From an uncultured virus (IMG/VR IMGVR_UViG_2061766007_000169) (lineage: Duplodnaviria; Heunggongvirae; Uroviricota; Caudoviricetes), in IMG/VR virus record IMGVR_UViG_2061766007_000169: a stretch of DNA of 20,154 nucleotides. One strand, given 5' to 3'. A program made the translations under genes and the position numbers. The notes beneath the pieces were generated by a model. It saw only the letters and a list, made by a program, of their open reading frames with translations, was not told the origin of the DNA and searched no databases. This document shows, piece by piece, positions 5,936 to 18,300 of the stretch. How positions within the stretch are numbered: position 1 is the first letter of the stretch; the number at the start of each line of letters is the position of its first letter.

Positions 5936-7102
5936 ATGGCAACTAGACTAGCCGGGGTCAATACGGCCTCTCAGGCTGTGCCTACTATAAGCATTCAATC
6001 ACCGGTTAAGATTACGAATCCGACGGCTGCTCAGGCGGTAAGTGATCCTGCCATTAACAAGATAGATTCTGTAGCAACGCCGTCGAATGGTGCTGCCGTA
6101 GAAAAGATTCAAGGCAATAGAGTTTCACCGATAAAACCTGCTACTACAACGCAGTCAACAGATAATAGCGGAGCGGGTAAATATGGTGGCTACGGCGGAT
6201 ATGGCGGCGGATCGTCTGAAGCTGAACCACAGAAGAAAGACTGGAGCGGATCGATAGGGTCTGATCCGGATGCGATCAATAGGCTTCTTAATACGGATCA
6301 GTGGGCGCAGAATAACAAGGATCTTATGGCTGGTGCCGGTATTGACGGCGATGTGAATATCGGAAGAATCAACCACATCGATACTGTCCAGGAAGAAGCT
6401 ATGCTGAAGCAGATAACGGATGCTCAGAAAGAGCAGGCTGAGTTGAATGCGCAGCATACTGTAGAGACCGGAGTTAAAGATCTTCAGCGTAACATGGAAG
6501 ATATGCAGCCGGAGTTCCAGACAATGCGTGATCAGGTCGATACTGATGAGCAGAGAGCGCTTGACAATCAGGTTCTCTACTCGGAAGCAAGAGGTGATCG
6601 TGGCGGTATCGGTGCGGCGCAGTACGGAGCCATACAGAATAACGCCGCTACTAACCGACTTACTGTGCAGAAACAGCAGAATAAGTTAGCGAGTGATACC
6701 GCAAGACAGATAGCTGATTTACGTTCTCAGGGTGATTTTGAGAAAGCCAATCAGCTTTTAAGCATTACACAGAATTATTTAAGCCAGTTGATGGATCTGT
6801 TTACCTGGGCGAAGGAGACGAACCTTGGTATTGATGAGTTCAACTCTCAGATCGATCAGTGGGAAGAGAACTATAAGTTAAGTCTGCTTGGTGCAGAGAT
6901 TGATGTGGCGAATGCTACAGGAGCGTTCAGCAACGGAACTCCGACATACGCTGCGTGGATGAAAGCGAGAGACGATCTGGCGGCATCCGGTCAGGCATTA
7001 TTGCAGTCCGGTGTAGCACCCACGGCTGAACAGCTTGAAGCGATGGGTTGGACGAAAGACCAGGCTATAGCGTATCTCAGCAGGTATTTCCCCTATGTTT
7101 AA
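5936..7102 (+). CDS. Hypothetical Gln/Ala-rich coiled-coil protein, likely internal virion/ejection protein, 388 aa
   Basis: RBS AAGGAG. Disordered N-terminus, long Q/A/D/E-rich helical core with an ARGDRGG turn. Directly upstream of the giant gene. Confidence 0.6.
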   Translation: MATRLAGVNTASQAVPTISIQSPVKITNPTAAQAVSDPAINKIDSVATPSNGAAVEKIQGNRVSPIKPATTTQSTDNSGAGKYGGYGGYGGGSSEAEPQKKDWSGSIGSDPDAINRLLNTDQWAQNNKDLMAGAGIDGDVNIGRINHIDTVQEEAMLKQITDAQKEQAELNAQHTVETGVKDLQRNMEDMQPEFQTMRDQVDTDEQRALDNQVLYSEARGDRGGIGAAQYGAIQNNAATNRLTVQKQQNKLASDTARQIADLRSQGDFEKANQLLSITQNYLSQLMDLFTWAKETNLGIDEFNSQIDQWEENYKLSLLGAEIDVANATGAFSNGTPTYAAWMKARDDLAASGQALLQSGVAPTAEQLEAMGWTKDQAIAYLSRYFPYV

Positions 7103-7125
7103 TTCTCTTTGAGGAGATGTAAAGA

Positions 7126-10100
7126 ATGGCGAAATTGTTCGATATTAACAGTATAAGGCAGAATATTTCCGGCAGCACACCGGAACCGGCAAGTGTACCG
7201 ACCCCTGCCCCAGCACCGCCGAAGTTAACTATTCCGAAGAATACACAGGAGCAGCCCCCTGCTCCTACCACACCCTCTGCTCCAAAGTTTACTATTCCTA
7301 AAAATAATGGAATGTCGGTTGACAGATCGAGGGTAAGTATTACTCCGGAAGAACTTACCTCTCGGTTAAAAGGCGCGAATATCCAGACTCCGTTCAAGTC
7401 TCCGGAGCAGAAAGCAGAATCTGCAAAGCCGGTTAATCCGTTCAGGCCATATGTGAATCCGGATACCAAGGCTTCTATGAGAGAGATCCCTGCGTTTCAG
7501 AGGAACACAGCAAGCTGGCTGAATATTGAGGGAACTACCGGAACATCACGTAATCGTCCTAATGGGAAGATGTACGACTGGATTGACTATACCGATGAGA
7601 ATGGTAACCAGGTTTCCGGTATGTGGAGTTGGTGGGATGACAACGGCAAGAGATTCAATGCCGTATCTTCCTTTGCCCAGGATGGTCAGTGGCATGACAG
7701 ATCTTCCATGCGTGGTTATATGCAGGAAGCCGCAAACCTCTACTATGACTATGACGAGATGGCTGACTACATGACCGGAATTATCCGTGACATGGAGAAC
7801 ACTATCAAGACAACGAAGTATGAGACAGAAGCTGCGAAGAAAGCTGACGAAGCTTACCTTGCTTCCATGCGGACTAACCTTGATGGTGCAAAGGCTCTGC
7901 GTGATTCTTCCAGAAAACTCTATGACTATATGTCCACGCAGAACGAATACATGGATGCCTACGATGACTACCATGTGAAAGACGCTTCTGACTCAAAGAA
8001 CTATTCTGAGACATATACCTCCGCTGAGTATGGAGAAATCCCCGGCGGTCGTACACCGGAAGATTGGGATATCGTTATTGAGTCACTGAACGATGAACTC
8101 GACAGAATGCCGGAAGACAGTCCGAATGGCGTTTTAACACGCGCTCGTGAGGAGAAGAAGAGACAGCTTGTAATAGCTGAGTATGCAAGGGGCAAGGCAG
8201 CCGAAGAGAAGGAACAGATAGAGAAAGACAACCTCGGTCTGATGCTTGGTCGTGAGTACTATAATGTGAGTGACGCTAAAGGCTGGCGTAACATCGAGAC
8301 AGATTTGCAGACACAGCTTGACGCTATTCCGGAGACGGAGACAGAAGAGCGGAAGTCTGTTCAGGATCGCCTTGACTATGTGCATGACTTCGTTAAAGCC
8401 GGTGAGTACAAGGACTTCTATGATAAATGGAAAGATGTTTCAGACGATGAACTCATCCGCCGTATCATGGAGCTTGGGGCAGATCCGGAAAAAACCGAAG
8501 CAGATATTAAGCCTGTTGAGACAAACTCCGGGTCAGTTGATGCTCAGATCGAGGAACTTCAGAGCAAGCTTGAAAGACTTGACAGCACTTCACAGGAGTA
8601 TCTTGATACAGCGAAACAGCTTAAGGAACTTCGCGCTACAAGTGAAGCGGATAAAGCGAAAGCTGAAGAAGAGAAAGCAAAGGCGGAAACTCCGGCAGAG
8701 AAGACTCCGGCTGAACTTCGTGCGGAGAAAGAGGAAGCAGAGCGTAAACAGCTTGAACTCGACGCCATCTCCTACATCCGTGACATCCGTCTGATGACCG
8801 GATCGTCTAAAGCATTTGAGGATTATAAGAAAGCTAACCCCGGTGCTACAGCAGCTGATTGGGTTGAGAGCGTAAAGGCAAATGCCGACGAGAAAGAAGC
8901 CTTGCTGGTTAAAGCGGAAGATGCCGCAGCGGATGCCGAAGAGGATATGCACAAGCTTCGCTCCCGTCTTGACGAAGCTATCCGAGTTGCCATGGCAGAG
9001 GGAAGAGAAGTAACTCTTGACGATATTAAGACCGACGATCTTAATCTGCATGGTGTTGAGATCGATATCACGGATCTCGATAAGACGGAGCAGGAACTTG
9101 ACGCTCTTCTGAATAAGGATATAGAAGCCGCACGTATGGCTCTGTCCTACGCAAGACAGCAGAAAGCCTGGGCGGATGCCTATTCCGAGTTCGATATGAC
9201 ACAGCAGCCTGACTATAAGGATAAGGTTAAGGAAGGCTGGAAGATAATGGGGTCTGCGGAAGATCTTAAGAATCTTCTTCAGGATGTACGTGATCTGGTT
9301 ACTTCAATTGGTACTGATACCTATGAAGAAGTAGAACTTACTCCGGAGCAGGAAGAGAGAGCGAGAGAACTTATTCTGTCGATCAATCCGAATGTGACAG
9401 AGAAACAGATGGGGCCGCTCATTGCCGACTATGCGAAGAAGACATATGGTCGTGTTACTAATGATGTAAGGGCGATGAGGCTTCTTACGGACTATGGGTT
9501 TAGCGAGGAAGACGCCCAGTCGATGATTGATAAGCTGAAGGTCGGTGGCAATGACGAGAAGATTCTCGATGCTCTGACGCCGTTTGTCGTTGACGATGGT
9601 AAGATGTCTTTCTCTGAAATGATGGACTCTGTCTGGAAACCAATAGCCGCTACCGGAATTGAGAAAGGCGAGTTCTCTCCCGAACAGCTTAGTAACTACT
9701 ATTATATATTAGCGACAGAGGGTTTGTCTGCTGCAACAGACTACGCTCTTAAAGTAAATAACCAGCTTACTTCTGGCTATCGTGATGAGATGCGGAAGAA
9801 GATGGCGCTTCTTAATGACTACCGGGCAGATCATTCTACCGGATTTGAAAAGGGTCTTCAGTACGTAGCTACTCCTTGGGTAACAGGACTGATGAATCTT
9901 ACCGGAATAGCTGATACGTTTAAGTACATGGGTCAGGTCGGTCATCTTGGAAATACCATACTGTCCGAAGCACCTTCTTTGTCAGAAGCCGCCGATTGGA
10001 TTACACAGGATGTTAACCGCCAGCTTGTAAGAGACGGAGCATCCCAGTTTGTTTTGCTTATTAATAACGCTTACGGAAGTGCCGTACAGAGCTATGAAGC

Positions 10101-13100
10101 TATGACGGCTGGCGGGTATCTCGCAAAGTTCCTTGGCATTAACGAAAGTGTCGTTCTGAACCTCGGTGGTAAATACGGAAAGAGCGCTCACGAACTTATA
10201 ACCACCGCTTTTACTGATGCGGCATTCTTTGGTTCTGCCGCTGCAAGCCGATACAGAGAACTCACAGATCGTGGAGTTGCTCCGGAAAAGGCAATGAATT
10301 CTGCTATATCGGCCGGCCTGTGCGAAGCTATTTTCGAACATCTGTCCATTGAGACCTTGTACCACGCTAAAGATGTTGCGGACTTTACCGGAATAGGTGA
10401 TGTTGTTCTGTCAACGATTATCGGCTCAGGCATTGAGGGTTCTGAAGAAGTATGTACAGAACTGGCTAACTTCATCTGCGACAAGATTATACTTGGCATA
10501 GAGGGCGATTTCTTCCAGTCTATCGAAGCCTATAAAGATATGGGTATGTCCGAGGACGAAGCGTGGGGGAAAGCAGTTAAAGACTTTGCCAGCCAAGTCG
10601 GTGAAGCCGGTCTTTCCGGTTTCATATCCGGCGGTATGTCCATTAGTCTGCGTACTACCGGTGCATACGCACGGGAGATGTTGAGCGTAAAGGACTACAA
10701 TAGGGCGCGTGGTGACACGTATCTGAAGCATCAGTATGCCGATGGTAAGAACGGCGGACAGGCTCTTGGCGAGTTTCTTTCCTCTTATAAGTTCTTTGAT
10801 GAAATAGACAGCGGGAACTATACCGAGACACAGCACGAGGTATTCGACACAATTAAGAATCTCGCTGATAAAGCTTCAAGAGGAATCGCTTCTGCTGAAG
10901 AGGTTGGCCGTCTAGTTTCCCTCGCAGACAGTATTGATCAGAAGATCATAGATGACTTTATCCAGGCTAACAAAGACTACGCTTGGCAGACAGATCCGGT
11001 TAGAGCATCTCGGGTTGCAAAGAATGATCTGGACGCTTTGCTTGGTGTGGATAAGGCTAACGCTTATCTCCAGGCTGTCGGTAATAATCCGGACGCATTC
11101 GTTGTAGATGATTTCTACAAAGGAATGATCGACGCCGGAACTACCATGACTAAGGATGGCATTAATACTACTGAATCGTTCTTACAGCAGGTGCTTACCG
11201 GAAACGGACAGTTAAGTGCGGAAGCTATTGCAGATGAAGTAAAGAACCTTACAGATCCGAAAGCACAGCTTTACATCCTTGAGTTCTTAAGAAGTCATCA
11301 GCAACAGGGCGCTGCTCAGGCAGCTGCACAGGCAGAGGATGTCAATCAGCCGTTTGACTTCGTTATAGATGAGAGTCTTACCCAAGAGGATATTCAGTCA
11401 AAAGAAGGATCGGAAAACCTCGCAGAGGTTCTTACCAGAACCCTGACAGCTACATGGGATCGTGCGGTAAAAGCCGCTTCGGATTTCATGGTAATGAATC
11501 AGTCCTTTGCCAAACTGCAGGAGATGGCTCAGGAGACTTTGAAGCAGGATGCGAGGACGGAAGGGACAGCAGCTTTTGCGGAGTCAGAATCAGATGAGAC
11601 CACACCTGCGTTGTCAGATTTTAGGGATGACGGAGACAGCGTAACATTCCGTGGTAAGAAGTTTAATCGTAAAGAGTATGTGGCTTCTGTTATGGAAGGT
11701 AAAGATCCGTTCTCCGGTGAGACGGTAGAAAATACTACTGAGGAGTGGGCTAACAAATCCTTCGATGCTCTGCTTGAGAGGGCATCTGACGAGAGTTTCG
11801 GCAAGAGCGATGAGATGTCTGCCGAGATGGTAAACTTCGATCTGGCAAAGCATACGCCCAAGGAAAAGGCAACTGCGACAACAGCTAGTGCTACGGCTGA
11901 AACGAATGCGGATAAAGCTGCTGGCGGTGAGTCGAAGAAGACTACTTCAAAGACCAAGCCGAAGAATATTCCGGCTAAGAAGAACACTCCTAAAGGCAGG
12001 AACAAAGCGGAGTTGAAAGCGGATAAGGCTGCTGGTGGAGAGTCGAAGAAGACTACTCCAAAGAAGACAGAGCCGAAGAATATTCCGGCTAAGAAGAACC
12101 TTCCTAAAGGAAAGAACAAGGCGGAAGAAAAAGCTGATACCGCCGCCGGAAGTACGGAAGAGACTACAACTCCGGTAGAAACCGCACCGAAGACTGACGA
12201 AGCTACAGAACTCACCGGAGAGGAACTCGCCCTTGCACAGAAAGAAGATCTGGACCGTATTGAGCGTGAGTTCAGAGACGAGATGGGCGAGACTTCTGAA
12301 GAAGTTCCTACCGTTGAAGAACTCAGAGATCAGGAGATCGAGTCGGAAACAGACGAGGGGGAAACCTCTTTCGGAACTACAGAGGGAAGCACGACCAGGA
12401 CATGGGATGATACATTCCAGCTTGACGGCGAGAGTATTACGAGAGCGGAGTTTGTTCAGTCATATATGTCCGGTACAGATCCTCTTACCGGAGAAGACAC
12501 ATATCCCCTGACTCAGGCACAGGCGAATGCGGCATTCGACAGAACCTATGCCTATGCTATGCAGCAGGGCGGATCTATCGATGGTGACGGAAGTTACTCC
12601 ACAGACGCAAATGTTAAGACGGGTGTTGTATCTGATGTCCGTCAGCTTGCTCTTGAGAACGAACTCAATGCTCTGGAATCCATTCTTAAGAATAAGAAAG
12701 AAGCCGGAGACACTATCGGAAGAGGTCTGCTTCAGAAGATTGACTATGCCAGAAAGAGAATTCAGGACGCACTTGGCAGACAGATCACGAGACTTGGCTC
12801 TGATGTAGAGTCCAGGCGGAAAGAACTTAATGACCAGCTTAAGGCTATCGACAGCCGTATGAACCAGATCCGACAGTACATTAAGAACAAAGCTGTTGGG
12901 TCTCTTATTTTCAATAAGGAACTCGACGGTCTCAAAGCCAAGAGACGGGATGTTAAGGCAAAGCTGACCAGCCTGAATAACGCTGTAGCGGCTTACAACA
13001 CCGCAGTAGACAAACTTGAAGACTGGCGTAACAGAATGTACGCTACTGACTATTACACAATTCTCGGAGGGTTAACGTATGACGGGAGATCGAGTACAGA

Positions 13101-15290
13101 TAGAAACACCGAGCGGACAGGTGATGTGGGTGACGCCGGAAGCAGCAGAACGGATGTCAACACTTCCGCCGACAGAACAGGCACAACTGAGGGAGCAGGC
13201 GTCAAAACGGAAAGACGCACTGCTAGAAGCGTTGAACAAGTACTATCCGAAGCAGGATTAAAGCTTAAAGGTACTGTTGCCCTCGACACCGCAACGGTTA
13301 CAGCGAGGGATATATACAATGACAAGTCGCTTCCAAGAAGTGTAAAGACCGCAATACTCCATGCTTTGCGTAACGGCGTAAGCCGGGTGCTTATTACAGA
13401 CGGAACACTTCAGAACGAGTCCGGTCAGAACATCGGTGGTTATACACACGCTACAAAAGAGAACGGCATTGACCGTTCTATTTTTATAATAAACAAGCAG
13501 TCGAAGATACCGATGCAGCAGAACATTCTGCACGAGTATGTTCACCATATGCTGGGCAAACTCGCTCCTCAGAACAGAGCGTCATTCCTTCGCAACGCTA
13601 TGAACGTGCTGTTCCGCGGTCGGCAGGATCTGTTTGAAGCGGTATATAATACCTACCTTGACGATTATGTAAAAGCCTATAACCTGACGCTTGATGCTGA
13701 CGGCAAACTCTCTCCGGAGCAGGCTCTTGATATCTACGAAGAAATCGTTGCGGATATGCATGGCATGATCCCAAGGTTTACTGCCGCCCAGGATGAGAAG
13801 CTTAATGCGGCTATGGCCCCATTCCTGGTTGATATGCGTGGCAGACTTCTTCGCTACATGGAACTCTCCGGTCTTGAGGATTACTCAAGAGAGAAATGGA
13901 TAGGCGAGGATCATCAGGGATTGACTCACTATGATGTCGAGGACTTTGTCGGAACACGTTCTGCTATGGGCGGAGTTGTAGAGGGTAAAGCTGTTTCGCC
14001 GCAGGTAGCTACAGAAACCGGAATGCTGGTGGATGCGATTGAAGTGCCGAATGGCGATACCGGAACACCTGAAATCATGAACGTGTCCGGTGATAGGAAT
14101 TTGAGCGGTAAGGCATCAATCGCGCCGGAGTATGAAGCCACTCCGAAGCAGAGCATTAAGGTCAACAACAGTTCTGTAACGAAGAAGACTCTTACGGATA
14201 AGAAAGGTAATCTTGTTAATCGGACTGTCCGTGAAGTACGTGATGAAGCTTTCCATAAGAACAGAGAGTTTATGGCGGAGCAGGGAGAAGCCGGAATAAG
14301 GAAGTTCAATTCCTTCCTTGATAAGGTAGCTGACTGGCTTACCAATACGGCTGCTCAGAAATTCCGTTATCTGAACTTCGAAGACATTAACAATGCCACT
14401 CTTAAAGTTGATCCGGTAAGCAACCAGTTAATCCTTACTTCTATGGTTAAGAATGGTGACTATGCCGTCAACATAGACTTCGGTACTATATGCGAACGCA
14501 GACAGGCGCTCCAGACAATCATGAACGAATTGCTTGAGGGTGCAAGTTATGACGAGAACGGTATTAAAACCGTTCAGCTTAATGCGAAGTCCATCCACAA
14601 AATCAATGAAGCACTCCGTGATGCCGGAATTAATACCCAGTGTCTGATCTGCTTCGTGGAGACAAAACGCTACAATCAGACAAAGCAGTTTGCGGAATTC
14701 ACAGAACTGTGGAACAACGAAGTAAAGAAGTACACGGATTCCAATGAGTTCTTTAAATTCAGAAAAGGCGCTAAAGAATTAACGGAAGAGCATATCGAAG
14801 CAAGACGGAAAGCTCTTGACGGATACAGCGGATACGGCAAGGGCGTTAACACCGAGAAAGCTGTAGCTGATATGGTTAAGCGTCTGGCTAAATACTCTCC
14901 GGAGGATCTGAAGCTGCTTGATATAAACGATATCGCTTCTTCTAAAGGTCGCACAAGCATCAGTCAGTCCTTCCCGGATCTCGATGGCCTTATTAAGAAG
15001 AAGGGCGGGAGTGCCGCTCCGAAGCCGGTATATGGATACATTCCGTATAACGGCGAGATCGAGGGTATGTACAAGCAGAAGAGGAAAGACGAAAAAGAAG
15101 AACAGGCCCATCAGAGACTTAGAGATTACATGAAGTCTATCGCCGGAGTTCGTTCGCAGTCCTTCTCCGACTTCATTATTACCCATGTGTTCGACCATCT
15201 CCAGAAGACCGGCGGTATGGCGGCTATGGGTTTTCCGGGGCATACCTACACCAAGGTTCTTGCACGAGCAGAACTGTTTGGGTTAACAGG
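7126..15290 (+). CDS. Giant polyvalent virion-type protein, part 1 (coiled coils, Gly/Ala-rich membrane-like segment, Lys-rich repeats, HExxH zincin, GP88-like region); continues across the gap
   Basis: RBS GAGGAG; the frame is unbroken up to the N run. HEYVHH at 13531-13548 with EEIVAD at 13738-13755; CxxC at 14641-14652. The ORF-track end at 15411 is an artefact of the gap. Confidence 0.85.
11908..12150 (+). repeat. In-frame tandem repeat of 111/114 nt (about 2.2 copies) encoding Lys/Pro-rich units
   Basis: ADKAAGGESKKTT...PKNIPAKKN.PKG.NKAE starts at 11908 and 12019; a partial third copy (ADTAAG) starts at 12133. Confidence 0.9.
13079..13261 (+). CDS. Nested out-of-frame 60-aa gene inside the giant CDS
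   Basis: GGAGGG at 13066-13071, 7 nt before the ATG. Upstream TTGAAG-17-TACGCT (13016-13044). The host frame becomes a G/R/T/D-rich linker over this span. Confidence 0.6.
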   Translation: MTGDRVQIETPSGQVMWVTPEAAERMSTLPPTEQAQLREQASKRKDALLEALNKYYPKQD

Positions 15291-15300
15291 NNNNNNNNNN
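15291..15300. other. Scaffold gap with duplicated flanks
   Basis: 15241-15290 is identical to 15332-15381 (50 bp, offset 91). Confidence 0.95.
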
Positions 15301-15307
15301 AGGTGCT

Positions 15308-18300
15308 ATGGCAGCGAAAGGCTTTGTTGCTCATACCTACACCAAGGTTCTTGCACGAGCAGAACTGTTTGGGTTAACAGGCGAGAAGATCAATATGTCC
15401 TTACTGTTTGATATCGATCCGAACGTGAACTCCTGGTATGCAGGACTCAGCGAGGAGACACAGGATATCGACTTTAGCGAGGGCAGCGGAAGACTTGGTG
15501 TAGAGAACGCAAGGAATCGTCCGTACAACTTCTCCGACTATCAGGCAAGGATGGAAGAGAAAACGGAATGGGTGCAGTCCTTCCCCTATAAAGACGCTGT
15601 CAGAATTCAGAACACTCCTGTATACAGCAAGAACACCGGAACGATTGGCGTAAGCCATTCCTACTGGCATACGATGTGGATGCTGGCTGACCCGGAGATT
15701 CGTCAGGTGATTGGCTACCACTCCTCAAGTTACCCAGGAGAGATCAAGAATCTTACGCATCTTAATCTGTCTGCTGACTATACCGATGTGCAGAACAATG
15801 TGAAGATAGTTGGTATAGCAAGACCTAATTACGAGATTCCGGATGGAACTCCGAGCTATGCTACAGAACCGGGCAACGCCAAGAAGCTGTCCGGAGATGC
15901 CAAGAGGATTGCTCTTGCAGAGGATGAAGTACGGAAGATCTTCGGTGAATATGCGAATGGTGCTACGGTTGATATCAGCAAAATGCTGAAGAATGCTGTG
16001 GCTGATAAGAATAACAGAGGTAAGAGCAAAGGACAGATTGCTTCTGAAGTAATGCAGAACTTCCTCAATACTCTTAATGACAACGGCTTAACCCTGATCA
16101 CTACAAAAGCCGAAGCCGGCCACGGCTCCTTTAAACTCTATGATGATGTAGAGCAGACGCAGAATCCTTATGAGACTATGGACAACTATATTGCCTATAA
16201 TCTCACAAAAGGCAATCTCCCTGCGTTCTACGAGTTCTCTACCGATCCTAACTACTACAAGCTGATCTTTGACTTCAATATGTTCGACCGTCTGTCCTAC
16301 AATCCGGAAACAGGACTCTATGAAACCTACGCTCCACAGGAGGCTGTTAAGGTTCTGGACGAGAATGGTGAACTGTTGTTCCCCAATAAGGGCGATATCA
16401 TTGATATGCTTGACCACTATGCCACACAGTACGATATCGAGCAACATAAGGTGTACGATTTCATTAATGCGGAAAGCACAATGGACTACGTAAGACAGGT
16501 TACCGGAGTAAAGGCGAGTGTTGACTCTGATGGAATCGAGTTGTCTAGACAGCAACAGAACTACTTCGCAGACTCTAAGGTAAGAGACTCTCACGGAAGG
16601 CTTATTCCTATGTATCATGGCGGATCGACTCTCGGCTATACAGTAATAGACTTCTCTAAAACAGACGATGGCATATCCTACTTCATGACCGATAGTCCTT
16701 ATGTAGCTGCGTCCTATAGCGGGTCTGACGAAGTTCGTTCTCTGATGAGGGATAAAGAGGAGAATAGCCAGTCTGTCTATGATGGATACGAACTCCTTCA
16801 AAAGCATCCGATCAGTATGACAGACGAGGAACTTGCCAGGGGTTACGAACTAGCATCTAAAGTGCTGGATGGGAAAGATATTACCGGAGAAGTTTCGGTA
16901 GTGCCGTTTGAGAAAGCACTGAATGATATTGACACGGATTTACGTAAACGCTTTAAGGCCGCTACCGATTATTACAACGACGATATAGACCATGAGCAAC
17001 TTAAAAACGCAATCTACGCTGGTTATTATGAAGAAATAGAGAAGAATCTTGCCGACATTGGCGACATCATAAACAGCGGTCGGGAACTCTCTAGCAAGGA
17101 TCTAGCTACCATACGAAGTAAATTAAGGCTTGCCCTCGGTGCGATGTTCAACGCAAGGACGGAAGATAAGTTAATATATCTCCAGCTATCTCAATTGTAC
17201 GATCTATCCGACGATCTGTATCACACCGCCGGGGATCTGTTAAACATTAAGGAAGATGACTCAAAGAGAAGCGTTTTTATAACTCCGGATGGAGATATGG
17301 TTACCTACACGCAGTTTGAACTTACTGCTGGTGGTCGTATTTTACAGGCGAATTCTCGTCTTGATGTTGAGATGCTAGACAAAACTTCCGGTGTTTTAAA
17401 GGTCTATGCCAACCTTACTAATCCTTATGTGATAGATGCAGAGGGCGAATCGTGGAGACATATCAGCGCACCGGAAGAAGTCGTAAATTATCTTAAGTCT
17501 ATAAATGAACCGCAGCTTCACTTCTTCTCAGGAAGAGGTGACCTTCTGAAGACCAGAGGTGTAGCGAGATACGCAAAAGACCACGGATATGACGGCGTTA
17601 TTTTCGAAAACCTTGTGGATATGGGCGGCGATCCGGATTTTGATGAAGATACTGAATCAACAGTTGTGATCGCTTTCGAACAGAACCAGGTTAAAGACGC
17701 TGACAATCTGAATCCGACCAATGATGTCGATATGCGGTACAGCATCGACAATCTTCCCGACGGAACACAGTACGTGTGGATCGACAGCAACATCGTTGCT
17801 GAAGCCAAGAAGAATAATCAGAACGTACCGAATTACGTGCAGAGTTATATCGAGCAGGTATTTGAGAAGACAGGCGTTCCGATTGCTACTACTCCGGATG
17901 GACACATGGTCTATGCAGAGGAAGCAAAAAGAACTCCCAAATCCAGATACGGACTTGGGAAAGAATTCACTCACTCTACAGCGAACAAGCGGCTTGGCAA
18001 GAACTTAGCCGAGAAAAAACTCAGATCTGCTACCAACCTTGCAGAACTGGTCGCTATAGCACAGAACGCCACAACAGAATCTACACGGCACACAGACAAT
18101 AAGGACGCTGTCAGTACGGTACGCTACACATCTACCTTTGCTTTCCCTGTGTGGAATCCGGGCAGAACAAAGCTGGAGAACGTAAGGGCGTATGACTGCG
18201 AACTCATTATGAACCTCGGTTCAGACGGCAAGTACTATCTGTATGATGTTCCGGTAATAAAAGAAAACACCGCATCAGCGATTGCTATTCTTAACGAAAA

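Noticed and set aside
8270..8794. 174-aa alternate-frame ORF with a nearby TATAAT
   Set aside because: No RBS or -35; its R/L/S-rich composition is what a shifted reading of an E/A/K-rich coiled coil produces.
11529..12215. 228-aa minus-strand hydrophobic ORF
   Set aside because: Mirror image of the Lys-rich repeat (AAG becomes CTT/TTC); no translation signals.
15291..15411. Apparent overlap or programmed frameshift between the 2761-aa and 1545-aa ORFs
   Set aside because: Fully explained by the N gap and the 91-nt offset duplication.
16088..16807. 239-aa minus-strand ORF and similar antisense ORFs across the giant gene
   Set aside because: Typical antisense shadows of a codon-biased gene; no RBS and no motifs.
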